Assembly: GCA_023920165.1 (NCBI GenBank)
Contig: CP089274.1
Location: 1,984,001 to 2,048,000, forward strand
Direction: 5' to 3'
Length of the DNA: 64,000 bases
DNA from: Curvularia clavata
Lineage: Eukaryota
Shown: positions 37,820 through 51,461 of the stretch, one piece after another
Position numbering within the stretch: position 1 is the first letter of the stretch
Layout of the letters: every line of letters begins with the position of its first letter
Position numbers and translations under genes: made by a program
Notes under the pieces: generated by a model
Seen by the model: the letters and a program-made list of their open reading frames with translations, nothing else
The model's database searches: none
What the model was told of the DNA's origin: nothing

Positions 37820-39183
37820 AATATCGACGGCGCGCTAGTATACAGAACAAACTATGAAAGCATGGAAGTAGGGAGCGGGCGAGGAAAGGTGGGTTATGTG
37901 GAGCCTCCAGAGGACGCGTAATGCGGCTTTGATAGTCAATGACAGCGAGTAGGAAGCGGTAATGGCAATGCAATAGCTATGCTACAACGAGGAGGGCTAC
38001 GCAGACGGGCACAAGCGAGTGGAAGCAGGCGAAGCAGGAGATGGCGGAGGAGAGACGAAGACGGGAGGACGGAGGGAGGAATCACGGTGGGAGGTTACGA
38101 GGGCACTGGGCGTGAAGTAGCCTGGTCGAGCTTGCGAACCTGCTTGCTTGCTTGCGTCGATCCGGGCTAGCAGGCCCGAACGGGTGGTCTGGGGAAGCGC
38201 GGCAGTGAGAGCAGAAGCTGGTCTGACAGCAAGTGGGCATGAGGGAGCAATTGCCATGGCCGTGAGCGGCCGCAAGTGTCCGGGTGCATGCGAGGGCGGG
38301 CTGGCGTGCTGCGAGCCTCATAAGATGACTTGGGATGTCGGCGCAACTGCACACAATGACGTTGCCGTCAACTGTTCGCCCGCCCAACCGCCCGGCCGCT
38401 AGCCGCTTTGGGCCACGAGGAATAGATAGCATCTCCCATCCGTCGCCGTGGGCAGTTTGCTGGAGACTGGCAGCCTCTGTCTTTTAAGCACAATACTGGT
38501 AAGCACAAGTATGTACTGTGCTGCATATACCGCTATCTCCATGTCTGCCCATGCCAGATGCCGCGTCTCTTCTCCACCCTCTGCCCCGCTCTCGCTGACT
38601 GCTCGCTGCGCGTCTGGTGTCGCCTGGGACGATTTGCTGCTGCAGCCAGATGGCTAGCTGTGTACTATGTACTGCACATATAGGGCGGCGGGCGGTGGGC
38701 GGCGGATGGCCAGATGTGGTGTGAGTCCAAAGTTACATACAGTACGCCTTAGTCAGCAGACTCACCGTAACATACCATCAGCCACCACCCTCCCACCCCT
38801 GCCAGCCGCCAACCCTCTCCAGACGACTTTGCTTTGTTGCAAGCGACCGCACCAAGGCTCCAGCGCCCGGATAGGAGCCCGCTGCCCATTCACTAATGGA
38901 TATATCCTGCCCCTAGCCCTCCTACCACCTAGACCTCCTCACGCCTGCGCCGCCCCGACACCACGGGGCCTGTGCTGCCGCAGACTTTTGAGCTAGTCCA
39001 CTTCGATCCGCTCCTCACATTCCTTGCCTGGTCGTCACCTCAGCTCCCGCCCAAATGCTGTTTCGCCCGTAGCAACTCTACAAACCCAGACGTCACCCGG
39101 GCCCTGAGCACAACAACCGCTGCCCCCAATCCCCGACTGTCTGCCTGTCCCCTCCTGCCCCTCCTCTCGCCCTCTCCACCACC

Positions 39184-40423
39184 ATGGCTGAACAGGACGA
39201 CGTTGCGTCCAAGGTCCTGCGAAGGGCCCAGGTCTCAAAGGTACATACTTCTCCCTGTCTTCAATCCCTCGCCCTCGTTGTGCTGATAGCATCCTCTCTA
39301 GATGACCCGGACCCTGCAGAACCGCCTCGCTCTGGCCAACGTCAAGATGAAGAATGGCTGGGAGAGCCTCAGCCTCGATGCCATTGAGCCTGTCCTCGAC
39401 GGTGCCGAACGCAAGCGTAAGCGCCCCGGCTCCAGCAACGAAGCTATGTCGGATGTCTCGAGCGTCTCGGAGCGCTTCTATCAACCCAGTGTCCTCGATT
39501 CGTCTCCCCTTCAAGCCCCCATCTTCTCAGACAACGTCCGTCGCTCCGAGAGCCGGTCAGGAAGCAGCTACGGCCAAAGCAAACGGCCCCGTTGCCAACG
39601 TCCCAACACCAACAAATACCCGGCTTCGAGCAACCACGCAAGGGTCAAGGTCCGCACATCGACGAGCGCCGCTACATCGTGGAAAAACAGCTTCCAGCTG
39701 CCCGAATCCTCGCCTGTCTACCACCGCAGACATGCCCGTTTCGGCCGTCAGCACGTGCCAAGCCTGTCCTTTGTTTCGGAAACATCCACCATTGCCGACC
39801 CCCAATCCCCTTTGCTGTCTGAAGACGACGACGAAGACCTACCCATTACATCCTTCTCACTGAATCGTTCCTTGAGCCGCTCCCACTTCCAGTCCTCGCC
39901 GCCGAGAGCCCCACGCACACCACCCCCTGATGTTGCTCGCTCAGCACGTCTCCGACAACGTGGATTCAATGCTGCTGGTGCAGCTCGCGAAGGAAGACAA
40001 GGCGACGACGATGCAACTCTGCTCATGTACCTGGCTACTTCACCAACGCCTGTCCGCCCCGGTCATCAGAAGCCGCAGATGCTCGCACCATCCACGCCCC
40101 CATCCAAGTCCACGCCTCTCCCCTCGTCCATGATGTCAACTCCCGGAGGCGGTGGATCCCACTACACAGGCTTTGGATTGGCCACACCCTCGACAAACCT
40201 TAACTTTGCTGAGTTCCTCAACATGTCGCCCAGTCCTGCCCAACCCAACCCATCGTGGAACCGAACACCAGTGGCAACCCGAACACCCGCGGCCGTCCGA
40301 GAAGCTCGACGTCATCTCAACTTTGACAACATGGTCCCTTCTACTGGCGACAGCTCACATATGCGTGCCCATGTTGGAAAGATGGATCTTGGTATGGAAC
40401 TCGGAGGCGAGCTCATATCGTGA
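39184..40423 (+). CDS. Whi5/Nrm1/Stb1-like G1/S transcription regulator; intron 39241-39301
   Basis: LQNRLALANVKMKNGWESLSLDAIEP resembles the Whi5-family GTB motif. LLMYLATSP and NFAEFLNMSPSP resemble Stb1-type blocks. Many S/T-P sites and an RRHLNF (RxL-type) motif. Confidence 0.7.
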
Positions 40424-43082
40424 TTGCTAGCCTCAACTTCTTCACACCCGTCACGACATACTCCCCAGCAAGCGCTGGGGCACGACACTATGACAATGCA
40501 ACTACCGGGCGTGCGTTTAATGGATTCCATAGTCAACGACTGGATGCATAGCCAGCACACACTGTTGTTGACTTCTCCTGTTGATTCGGTTTTTCTTTCC
40601 TTCTTTCTTTCTTCTTTTGAAAAGCAAGGCGTTTATGGCGGTTTGGTGAGACCCTGCCTGGTCCGGGGTTTTGGACGGGACACGTCGATTCTCATACCTG
40701 ATGCATTGCTGCACACATTTTCTACTTTTATTTTTGCTTTGATCTTTTTCCATGTCGCACCATTACCCTTTGGCAGCAGTTCGCCCTAGCACTGCGCAAG
40801 CGCTTTAGTACCCCATTTCCCAGCATTTTTTATCCAAGCATCTCTTTCGGCACCTGTATTCTAGCTCACTTTGTTTCCTTCTGTTTGCTATCAGCGGGAC
40901 CTAGCATAGCAGCGTCACAGTATATTATAGACCAGGACTCAGCAAGGCACTGGATAAATGCACCTTGCATCTTTTCCGTACGTACGTAAAGACAGATAGG
41001 CGAAACTACCAGTCACTGAAATATCGTGTGCCGCTTTACCATTTTTTGTCTCGCTAATCGATGCACCTTTTTTGTGCAGTGACCCATCACAATCATGACA
41101 CGACGACTGACGGACTGTAATTTACTAAAATTGCCCCAAGAAAGGCACATGGGGGACAATTTCCGATGATGTCAGCTGATAAACATTGACTCTGATTCTG
41201 TCCTCATCAAAGTGAAGCGAGCCGATTTCCCAGCCACCTTTCTTTCTTCCCTCCAGCCACCCCTTCCCCTCACTTCACACACACATCAGCAGAAAAACCC
41301 CCGAACTCAACCGAGCCACGCCCAACGCAGTGCCGTGTGTAAGACAAATGCGCGCAAAAAAGACACCAATGACGCCGACGCGTTCTGCGCGCCAGCTTCG
41401 TGTTTGAATATGGCTGCTGTCTTGATTGGCTCAAGTTGCCCTTCTTCCCCTTCGTTCCCGCGCACAAGGCAAGAAGACCGAACAAGCCCAGCCAGACGGC
41501 GAGGGGTTGGAGTGGGTTGGCTCACCCAAAGGCTTGGTTTGGTTGGCTGAAACCGCATCGATCCGCGGCGGGATTGGATTACCTACGCTTGATGCATTGC
41601 GATTTCTGGGTCTAGCGCGACTGTGGTTTGTTGCTATATACGGACCAGTCCTGCCGGGGGATGGGTAGAAAACGCGGGACGAGGGGATGAGGTAAGATAC
41701 TGTATTGTAACCTTATGCCTTGCTTTGGGGCAAGTTAGATTACCGTTTACCATGCACGAGAGAGACATGGATGCCGGTCGCGCCGGGGCGATCGTCGATC
41801 GAGCTTTCTCGTTGGTCGGGATGCCGTGTTTGACGCTTGGCTGGTTTGCTGCTGATGTGTGGCCTAGCTACATGGCTAGGTTACCAGACTTGTGCTGCGC
41901 TATGTACGTATCCAAGGCAGAAGCAGAATACACCAGAGGTGGGCTGGGCGGTGAAAATCCAAAATCCGACATTATCTCATCAAGGCGTCATGGTATTGTC
42001 GCAAGTCCCCCGTCGGCTGGGTGATGAACGGGCCTTGTTTCGCTAAGGGGCGGTGGCCGTGGCGCCAGATGAAGAGGGAGAAGGGGTGGTGGCTGGCTCG
42101 AGCTTTGGACGTCTTTATCAATTACGCCCGTTCGGGGCTTGTTGTGTGATGGAGATAATGGGAAAACGAGAAGGTAGATGTTTGCCGAATTGGTTGGTTT
42201 TTCGTAGCTGTTTGTGGTAGATTGAGTGAGAAAGGGGTTAGTTTCAAAGGGCAGAGTATCCCTCGGAATTCTTTACGTCGTGACTTGATAACGCATGGCG
42301 GTTCTTTTTTCCTAATGCGCATGAATGATAAAGAGACGCCTTCGCTCCTTGCATCTAGTTCACTTTGCGCCATATCTCGTGGTGTGCACCAGGAAAAAAA
42401 GGGGTGTGTGGGTTGATGATCTCGCCCTCCCTCCACCATAATTGACCTTGTATACCTCTCGTTTACTTTTTCCCGGCCTGCTCCTTTCAACCTTTTCGGA
42501 TAACCGACCTTGTTATAGCGGCACTGACTAAGAGAGCTTCTGTCCTAGTGTCTTGAGCTACGGGTGTGACAACAAAGCGAGAGAGGCTTCTGCATGGCCG
42601 CGTAACCAAAGTTCGGAGCGATAATGGCCATGCGGGGAAACGTGGGCTAGGTGACGGATGCGGATACAAGTATTAGACTGGAAGGCACAAATGCATACAA
42701 GTATCCATGATGGTTTCGACATCTATAGGTTTTCTTGAACTTGTTCATACTTATTCATGTCTTTCACTTTACTATGAATTGACATACCATTCTTATCCTT
42801 CGTTACCATTGCTAAAGTCCGGCCGTGTGTCCCTTACACACACAGACGCTCAATTCACTGCTATCCGTAATGCTCATTGACATCTCATTCATCAGCCGTG
42901 CGTTACTATACTCGCCATGGCTGCTCAAATCAAATCATACAGGCCAACCATGGTCATCCTCTTAGACACGTGGCGCATGAATTGTTGAAAAAGAAAAGAA
43001 AAAAATCAAAGAAAAAATACATGCAAAAAAGCTGGTAAAACCCTTGGATAGGAGAAGAATAGCCAGGGCTAGGCCATCCTCT

Positions 43083-43800
43083 TTACCGGACATAGGTGTT
43101 GGAGTTAACTTGGCTGGCCATGACCATCATCCAGATGAGAAATACCGTTCCGATGATCCAGAACGCAAATTCAGCCTGCCAGCATTGACCTGAGTACAGC
43201 TTCATTAGCCACTATTCACCTTGCGACTTTCGATCATCTGAAAGACTGTGCATTTACTTACAAATGTTCCTCTGTTGCAAAAATGCCAGTGTCTCCATAG
43301 TAGGTCCCCTTGCATCGTTGTTGAATACATAGGTATTGCATTGGTTGTTAATGTTGGGCCCGGCAAAGAGTTGTATCGCCGTTCCTATAACGCCGGCGAT
43401 GAAAAGGACAAGCAGGATGAAGGAAAACAGCATCATGACGCTAGGAACGAGCTTGCGTTGCGCAATGTAGATAATTTCGATGATGATAAAGATGATGGCG
43501 AGGGTACCGACTGTAACGCCATAAGGCATGATCCTATACGAGCATGACGTTAGGAACTGTTTTCAGGGAAAAGTGTGCGTGGTTTGTTGGGCTGAAATGG
43601 TGGACGTTCACATACCATGGCGTTCCCAGCCCCATTCGATTCTGTATCTCCATGAACTGCGCATTCACGCCCAATATCAGACCTGCTGTCGCTAGCATGA
43701 CTATTGTCCAGATATTCAGCTGTAGGTCCGGCCAGTAGTACTTTTCCCGTACTACTATCGCCGAGCCTACAACTGTGCCTGAGTGCCCTGCGCGCGCCAT
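43083..43800 (-). CDS. Small four-TM membrane protein (MARVEL/tetraspan-like topology), function unknown; 2 introns
   Basis: Three exons joined by GT-AG introns: YYWPDLQLNIW...GTPW|IMPYGVTVG...QRNIC|QCWQAEFAFW...TYVR*. Four hydrophobic segments with Cys residues in the second outer loop. Confidence 0.8.
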
Positions 43801-45012
43801 TCTGTCGGGTTATCGAGCCCTGGGGCTTCGTTGAGCGTGTTTTGTGGAGGATGTGCTTTCAGTCGAAGTTGCGCAGGATGGAAGTATCGTTGCGCTGATG
43901 TAGCCGCAATGGTATTCCCAGGTGTGGAGCTCCGTTGCCTTGTTTACTATCGATTATTTACAGACTTGGCAGCGTCGCAACCTTCTCTCCACTAGCAATT
44001 GCTCAGGTGTCCGTCTCTTCCGGCGATATTGAGTCTTCCGCGACCTTATCTTCGAGTCTCTGCGCGCCGTCGTATGGTAGCTGGGGGAATTGGCACAAGC
44101 GAATGAGTGACGTGATGCGTGAGGTTTGAACAACGTGGGATTGTTGTGGGGCAGAATGCGGAGAGCTCGGTGGTGCCGGGTCACTCCTTTGGAGGCGCAA
44201 AACTGGTGAGAAAAACAGAGAAAAAGAAAAGACGGATGGATCGTGTAGGGGAGACGTAAAGGTGGTCGATGCACCTACAGAACCTGTTGTTGATGCTTCC
44301 GCGGACCCCCGCGACAGCATGGGGGAGGCTGGGCTGGGATGGCTGGCATATACCGCAAATGAGTGTTTATTGGCCGCGGCAAAAGGCTCCATCGGAAAAG
44401 GGCCAACTTTTCGATCATCCAGGATAACTCGGAGCATTTGACAATTGTGACGTTGATGTCACCATGCGCATGTGCTTTGCTTTGCTTTGCTTTTTGCACA
44501 TGTTGAGCATGACAAGTTCACCATCTGAGTCACATCGTAAATTATTATGAGTCGACAAGGGAGGTCTGCAAGACTACTAGCATACCGAGACAATTGCAAT
44601 CAAGACAAGACAACACACAGTCTTCTGTGTTTCTCTGTGATGCTGTTTTGATGTTTCAGTCGTAGTTGGGTATCTGGTGATATCTCCGCCTCGGTAGCGT
44701 AACGCCATCACTTTGGGCACTCAAGGTTGATCATAAATACACACAGGCCTTTTCAACGGTGTGTTTGCGAGCGCATGTAAACTTGATAGTAGTTTGGCTA
44801 GAGAAAAATAACCCGGGCATCCGTCTCAAAATGTCCGCAACAGGGCGCCATATTTTCGACATGTTACAGTGATTCCGTCGCAACTCCAAAACGCCGACAA
44901 ATGATCATGGTATCGGAGGGTAATCGTAGGCTCGAGCAGAAACGGCAGCGCAAACGGCAGCGCTTCTCCAGCGGGTCCCGAATGAGGTGATCGTCGTCCC
45001 AAGCCGAAGCAC

Positions 45013-45842
45013 TTAGTATCCTCCTCGTCCACGGCCACCAAAGCCACCGCCGCCGCGTCCACCGCCTCTTGAGAAGCCACCGCTTCCACCACGACCACCG
45101 CCACGGCCACCGAAACCTCCACGTCCAGGAGGTCCGCCTCGTCCGCGTGGTGCTCCACGACCGCGACCTCCGGAGCCGCGAGCGCCACCTCGTGCTCCTC
45201 CACGGCCTGCGCCAGCAGGCTTCTTGACCTTTGTTACACCTCCAACGGGCTTGGGCTTGGGCAGGAACCTGGCTTTGTTAGCGCGTCAGAGTAAAAAGGC
45301 TTCTTGGCCATCTTACCTGTCAAGAGGAAGAAGCTTGTCGCCTCCAATGTAGAACTTGTCACCAGGCTTGAATGACTTTGCCTGTATGCCTTCTTGGGGC
45401 TTGATGGTGAAGTAGACCTGGTTCAGAGGGCCCAAGATCTCGTCGACTTTGCCAACGGGTGTCTGCAGATGGGTCAACCCTGTTTTCTCTTTGAATACGG
45501 TGTCGCGATATATGTACCTTGTTCTCCAGGTAGATGGGCGCGTTGAAGTACGGAATCTTGGGGTTTATCGATTCGCAGAACATTTCGTTTTCGCAGTCGT
45601 GGACGAATTTGCCCATTTCTAATCAGAGATTAGCCACAGGCTTGTGATATCGAAGTGCCCTGCATACCGATAACAGTGTCTGGGGGTCCGAAAGAAGCTC
45701 CCATTCCACCACGTCCTGTTGCGCATTAGCTGGGAAATCCTGTGAAGCTCAGAATGTGCCACATGCCTCCACGAGCAGAAAATCCACCACGTCCGCCGAA
45801 GCCGCCGCCGCGACCGCCACGAGGAGTTCCGCGAAATGCCAT
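45013..45842 (-). CDS. GAR1: H/ACA snoRNP subunit Gar1; introns 45716-45766 (GC-AG), 45619-45667, 45463-45517, 45269-45316
   Basis: RGG-rich termini flanking [53 protein letters not shown]...[13 protein letters not shown]. Confidence 0.96.
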
Positions 45843-46232
45843 TGTGTCTGTTGTTGTCGAGAGTGGTCGGTGCGCGAAAGGTGAGCTTGTTCGAGAGCTT
45901 CGCGAAAAGTTCGAAAGGAAAATGAAGTTGGAAGACCACGACCAATCGGTCTCACGTTTTGCCGAGGGCCCCTTCCGCCGCATACCCCCACCAAATGCGC
46001 CTGCCAAGACCAAGTGGGCTGTCGTGGGTGCGGAGCATTCTGAAATTGTGTATGAGTCGGACGTTGCTTTGCACCTGAATTTGACACTCCAGACTGGTTT
46101 GAAGTCACTCTACTTGCGACATAATCCATTGCATCCGTACGACCACCTGAGTCACACTACTCTGTGCAGTGTTTGACTCACAACGACTATTACACCCGCC
46201 CAGCGCGCTTCAGACTCGACAGCAGTATCAGC

Positions 46233-48825
46233 ATGGCGGACGCAGTGAAAGATGCCGTCAACTCGGCTGTCGAGGGAGTAAAGAATCTGGCCATCTCTGC
46301 AGAGCAGCAAGCCGAGCAAAAAGGAAACAAGGCCGCGAAACCGAAGAAGGAAAAGAAGGCCAAGGGCGATGCCGGTGATGGGCGTCCATTGATGCTCGAC
46401 CCTGCGCCGGCTTTTATAGACCATCGCATTCAGATCTTGTAAGTCGAGTAGTGTATTTATTTCGATATGTGCACTAATTACGTCCCAGTGAGAAGCTCAA
46501 GGCAAAGTACGACGAGGAGATCGCTCAAAAGCCCCGCGGTATGCCCATTGCCTGCGCACGAGACCGTTTTGCACAAAACTGACTTATTATCCTTACAACA
46601 GAGAAAATCACCATTACGCTGGAAGATGGCAAGAACATTGAAGGCGAATCGTGGGTCACGAGCCCTGCCGATATTGCGCGGAATATCTCAAAGAGTCTTT
46701 TTGAGCGCACTGTTGTCGCACGTCTGGATAAGGGTACACCAGACGAAACACTGTGGGATCTTGAGCGGCCATTGGAGAAGAGCTGCAAGCTCGAGCTCCT
46801 GCCATTTGACGATCCCGAGGGCAAGAAAGTCTTCTGGCACTCGAGTGCACATATCTTGGGAGAGGCCTCAGAACGCAGATTTGGCTGCGATCTATGCATT
46901 GGCCCTCCTATTGAAGACGGATTCTACTACGAGGTCAGTTGCACCACATGTACCCGAAAGCGTTGCTGATTGTATTCTAGATGGCAATTCCGGAGAATGG
47001 CACAGTTGAGCACGCCGACCACAAGCCGCTCGAGACCATTGTCAACAGCATCGTCAAGGAGAAGCAAGTCTTCCAGCGCTTGACCCTATCCAAAGATGAT
47101 TTGTAGGTCTTATCAGCAGCCTGTGGTGGATTTTCCTGACCTGTTTTAGGCTCGAGATGTTCAAGTCCAACAAGTACAAGCAGCACATTATCAAAGATAA
47201 GATTCCTGACGGCAGCTTCACGACTGTGTACCGTAATGGACCGCTCATTGATCTCTGCCGAGGACCACACGTACCCCACACTGGGCGGATAAAACAGTTC
47301 AAGATCATGAAGAATTCCGCATCATATTTCCTGGGTGATGCTAAGAATGACAGCCTGCAGCGTATCTACGGTGTATCGTTTCCTGACAAGGACTCGATGC
47401 AGCAACATCTCAAGTTCCTCGAAGAAGCTGCCAAGCGTGACCACCGTAAGATTGGAAAGGAACAGGAGCTGTTCTTCTTCCACGAGTTTAGCCCTGGCTC
47501 ATGCTTCTTCCTCCCGCACGGCCAGATCATCTACAACACATTGCAAGCCTTTTTGCGCGAGGAGTACTGGAACCGTGGATATCAGGAAGTTGGATCGCCG
47601 AACATGTTCAATTCTTCGCTCTGGAAGATTTCGGGTCACTGGCAGCACTACGCCGAAGACATGTTTACTTTCGATGTTGAGAAGGAGAAGTGGGCGTTGA
47701 AGCCAATGAACTGCCCTGGCCACTGCCTGATTTTCGGACACCGCGAACGCAGTTACAGGGAGTTGCCCATTCGCATGGCTGACTTTGGTATCCTACACCG
47801 AAACGAAGCCAGCGGTGCGCTTACCGGCCTTACCCGTGTACGTAGGTTCCAGCAGGATGACACTCACGTTTTCTGTACTCAGGACCAGATTACCGAGGAA
47901 ATCTCTGCACTATTCGACTTCCTTAGAGCAGTGTACGGAAAGTTCGGCTTCACCTTCAAGCTGAAGTTGAGTACGCGTCCTGAGGGTTTCCTCGGTGACA
48001 TTGAGACGTGGAACAAGGCCGAGGCCAAGCTGACTGAGGCTTTGGATCAATTCACCGCTGAGGGTGGTGGCGCTTGGGAGCTCAACCCTGGTGACGGTGC
48101 TTTCTACGGACCTAAGATTGACATCACCATCTCTGATGCATTGAAGCGCGAGTTCCAGTGCGCTACCATTCAACTCGATTTCCAGTTGCCAATTCAATTC
48201 GAGCTCGAGTACATGACTTCAGAGGTTATTCCTACAAAAGCAAAGGAACAAACTCAGGAGAAGGAGCAAGTCGAGGAGAAGAAGGATAAGGCAGAAGGCG
48301 CCGATGCTACTATTGCCAAGAAGCCCAAGGAGCCTCAGCCAGGTTACGCGCGACCTGTCATGATTCACCGCGCCATCTATGGCTCATTCGAGCGTTTCAT
48401 TGCGTAAGTGTATATTCTCATCCACGATTGAAGTATTCCTGCTAAACAATCCCAGTATCCTCACAGAGCACTTTGCTGGCCGATGGCCTTTCTGGCTTTC
48501 TCCTCGCCAGGTCATGGTCATTCCCGTGATGCCAAGCGCCAACGACTACGTCAAAGAAGTCCAGGCTGTGCTCCGCAAGAACCGTTTGCACGCCGACATT
48601 GACATCAGCGGTAACACTATGCAAAAGAAGATCCGTACAGCGCAACTGGCACTATACAACTTCATCATGGTTGTGGGTGCGGAAGAGCAGCAGGCAAGGG
48701 CTGTCAACTGGAGAAACCGCGATGACCAGGAGACGCAACAGCGTGGTGTCATTGTACCACTTGATGAGGCCGTTGAGAAGCTGGTCAAGCTGAGGGATGA
48801 GCGCAGACTTGAGAACAAGGTCTAA
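46233..48825 (+). CDS. THS1: Threonyl-tRNA synthetase (cytosolic type), 5 introns
   Basis: TGS domain (LWDLERPLE), editing domain [11 protein letters not shown] and [57 protein letters not shown] and WPFWLSPRQ. Confidence 0.97.
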
Positions 48826-49999
48826 GTTTGGTTGGTGAGGAAGAAAACGACATGGTGCATATGGGGCGTAAAGAGGCACGAAGATATGAATTGATGAAGC
48901 ATAGTAGAGAGGCGTGATTGACGTGTGTTACTTTTTTCTATCTCATTCCACCGACTCCCTGGGAGAGCTGGAGGACACGACATTATGCTCTCCATTACCA
49001 AAAAGGGTCTTCCAGAATAGAGTCGATTTAAGCAATTATTATGCAACTCGGTGTAGCTTGATGAAAGGAAGTAATCTCGGTCTTGTTACGAGACGCTAGG
49101 GAATGTTTTGTGGAACAGCCTCATTCTTTGCCCCAGATCTACTCTACACCGAAGTTACAGGCTGAAACTGCTCCGGCGAAGGGCTTCGAAGAAGCTTTAG
49201 GATCATGACCAATCAGACCGTAGCCATTCTTGCCGACATGTATTCTGATCGCCTGTTGTGGGGCGCGGGCCAGGTACGCTTGCACTTGGAGCATGGGGCA
49301 ATTGCACAACTGTCCCGCTATCTTCGAGGGCAATTAAAATTACTAGAGCCTGGATAAAGGAAATCAGGACGTGAGGCGAAACCAATGGAATCGTGTGCTC
49401 GTTTGAACAGCGAAGTAGCGTCTAGGTACTGCCGGAGACATCTGTGCATGCACGTGCCTAATATGCATGACGCAATGGCCTGAAGGTGAACTGCATGCAT
49501 GTACATTGCAGTTTGTTTATAAGTAAGAACACAAAGCAAGAAAAGACGTGGAGAAGACCAAACAGGATCACTGTCTGCAGCATAGATGGAGGATATGAGG
49601 AGAGAAAGTTCCAAGACACTGGTAGCCAATCAGCAATCGGCAACCAATTAGGGTAGGACCCTGCGTCCAACCTGCACAGCCAACGGTTAGAACACTCGGC
49701 CGCTGAGAGTGAGGCGGAGAGGCGATATTGCCGATGCGCCTGAAGAGTATGGAATGGGGCTGAAAACAGGTTGCATGGGTGCGAAGCCAAGTTGTCGCCC
49801 ATCGAACGTGCCTACCACTATTTACGGCTTCCTGTATTCGCATCGACGCTTTTCGGGTACAAGCTACGTCATTTGCCGTTCGTTCGTCACGGGTCCGGCC
49901 GTCCCTGGTAATTAACTTGCCTAGACGCTGAGCTCCTTCTCCTGAACTCCATACCATCTTCAAGACAATACCCAAGTCAATCCACATCTCACAATCACA

Positions 50000-50919
50000 A
50001 TGGCTGCCAATGCGCCCACCCTGATCAACCTGCCACCACCTCCTTCTGGAGACGAGACTCCAGGAGACGCTCCGTAAGGCATCAAGTGCACTTTGCGGGG
50101 TTGAGTATGGACAAAGCCGACTAATCCTGTACACATAGGGGCACTCCCAATTCCGTCACGACGACCATGTCCGAGCTGTCGACCGTTGCCATCAAGGACG
50201 GACACCGAGGCCACTTTCCTCACCATCGCAATCCTGCTGAAGCTGAGCGCGCTGATCGCATTTCTCGCCTGGCTGGCCTGGAGCGCGTCGCCGTCTCTGG
50301 TCGCAATCCTTCAGGACTCAACCCAGGCACCGCAGCCAATCCTCCTCCAGCCTACTTTGATGCCAACAACCAACCCCAGCTCTTCCGCGAGCGCAGTACC
50401 GTTGGTAGTGCTAGTGCCACTGGGTCTGTTGGTGGTCGCACAACCTGGGCCAGTGGCAGCGACATGTATGAGCCAGATCGTATGAGCGAGGACCAAGACA
50501 TGGACACATCAAGCATGGGAGGCTTCAGTGACGAGGCCGCTTCTCTGGTCGGCTTCGGCGAGGGCGCAAGGACTCCAGCTCGCCACAACAGCCAGCTGGG
50601 CAGTCCGGCTGTTGGCAAGGCAAGCGCACTGCCCGGATACCTGAGAGATCAGACTCCAGGGAGCCCCATGTCCGGTGCTGGTGTTCCTTCCAGTGCGGGA
50701 CCGACACAGACGATGTCGAGCACCGAGCAGCAGAAGAAGGAAGCCCGCATGATGAACGGCATGACGTACGATGACAAGGTTCTCGACACGGCTAGTGAAG
50801 GGCCTATTGCCAGCGGCCGCGACGGTGACTCGACTTCAGGAGACGCCATCCGCGAGCGCATGCAACAACGCCAGGCAGACCAGGACGCACTGGCAGCTGA
50901 GCAGCAGAGAGGAGTATAG
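50000..50919 (+). CDS. Hypothetical low-complexity fungal protein; intron 50074-50138
   Basis: ATG in CACAATG context. MAANAPTLINLPPPPS...DAP|GTPNSVTTTMSELSTVAIKDGHRG...AERADRISRLAGLERV. GTAAGG/ACTAAT/TAG intron restores the frame of the 250-codon ORF. Confidence 0.8.
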
Positions 50920-51461
50920 GCATGGCCTCGCTGTTCTCCTTGATTTATGATTTCAGGCGGGAGTTTGGAATGCTGTTATGATTACGGCAGGCGGTCTTGA
51001 TGATTCTTCACACTTTCAATATGAATACAATGCAGCACCATTATCGAGGATGGCGTGTCATCGTTCTAGTTATTCAATCTGCCCCTAGTTTCCTCGCGGT
51101 CACTGCTCATGAAGAATATCTCATGTGGTGCCTGTTGCCGTGAAAACATTTGCAAAGTGCTGAGGCAACCCCGCATTCTGCCTGCAGACGGTGTTAGGTG
51201 ATAGGAGATATGGCATCTGCGCGCATTGCTTCTGCGGGCAAGCGCCCCCACCTCGATTCCGCTTCACATGCGGCGATTCTGCTGTGGAACGACTGACAGC
51301 TTGCTGCTTCACGCCTGTGTCGTCGCATTCTGAGCACATGCTCCCTTGACGACGTAGCTCTCCCACTCTACTCCACACCACTATAGCACCCGCAGCGGAG
51401 CCCCGCATCCCGCAACACACCATACGCAATACCCACACCGCAGAATCCAGGCGTCGCAGCC

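Noticed and set aside
41165..41196. GATGATG...CTGA as a C/D box snoRNA
   Set aside because: Imperfect C box, too short, and no obvious rRNA-antisense element or terminal stem.
46125..46232. In-frame non-AUG N-terminal extension of ThrRS as a mitochondrial isoform
   Set aside because: Only ~36 open codons, contains acidic residues and is not clearly presequence-like; cannot be supported without ribosome profiling.
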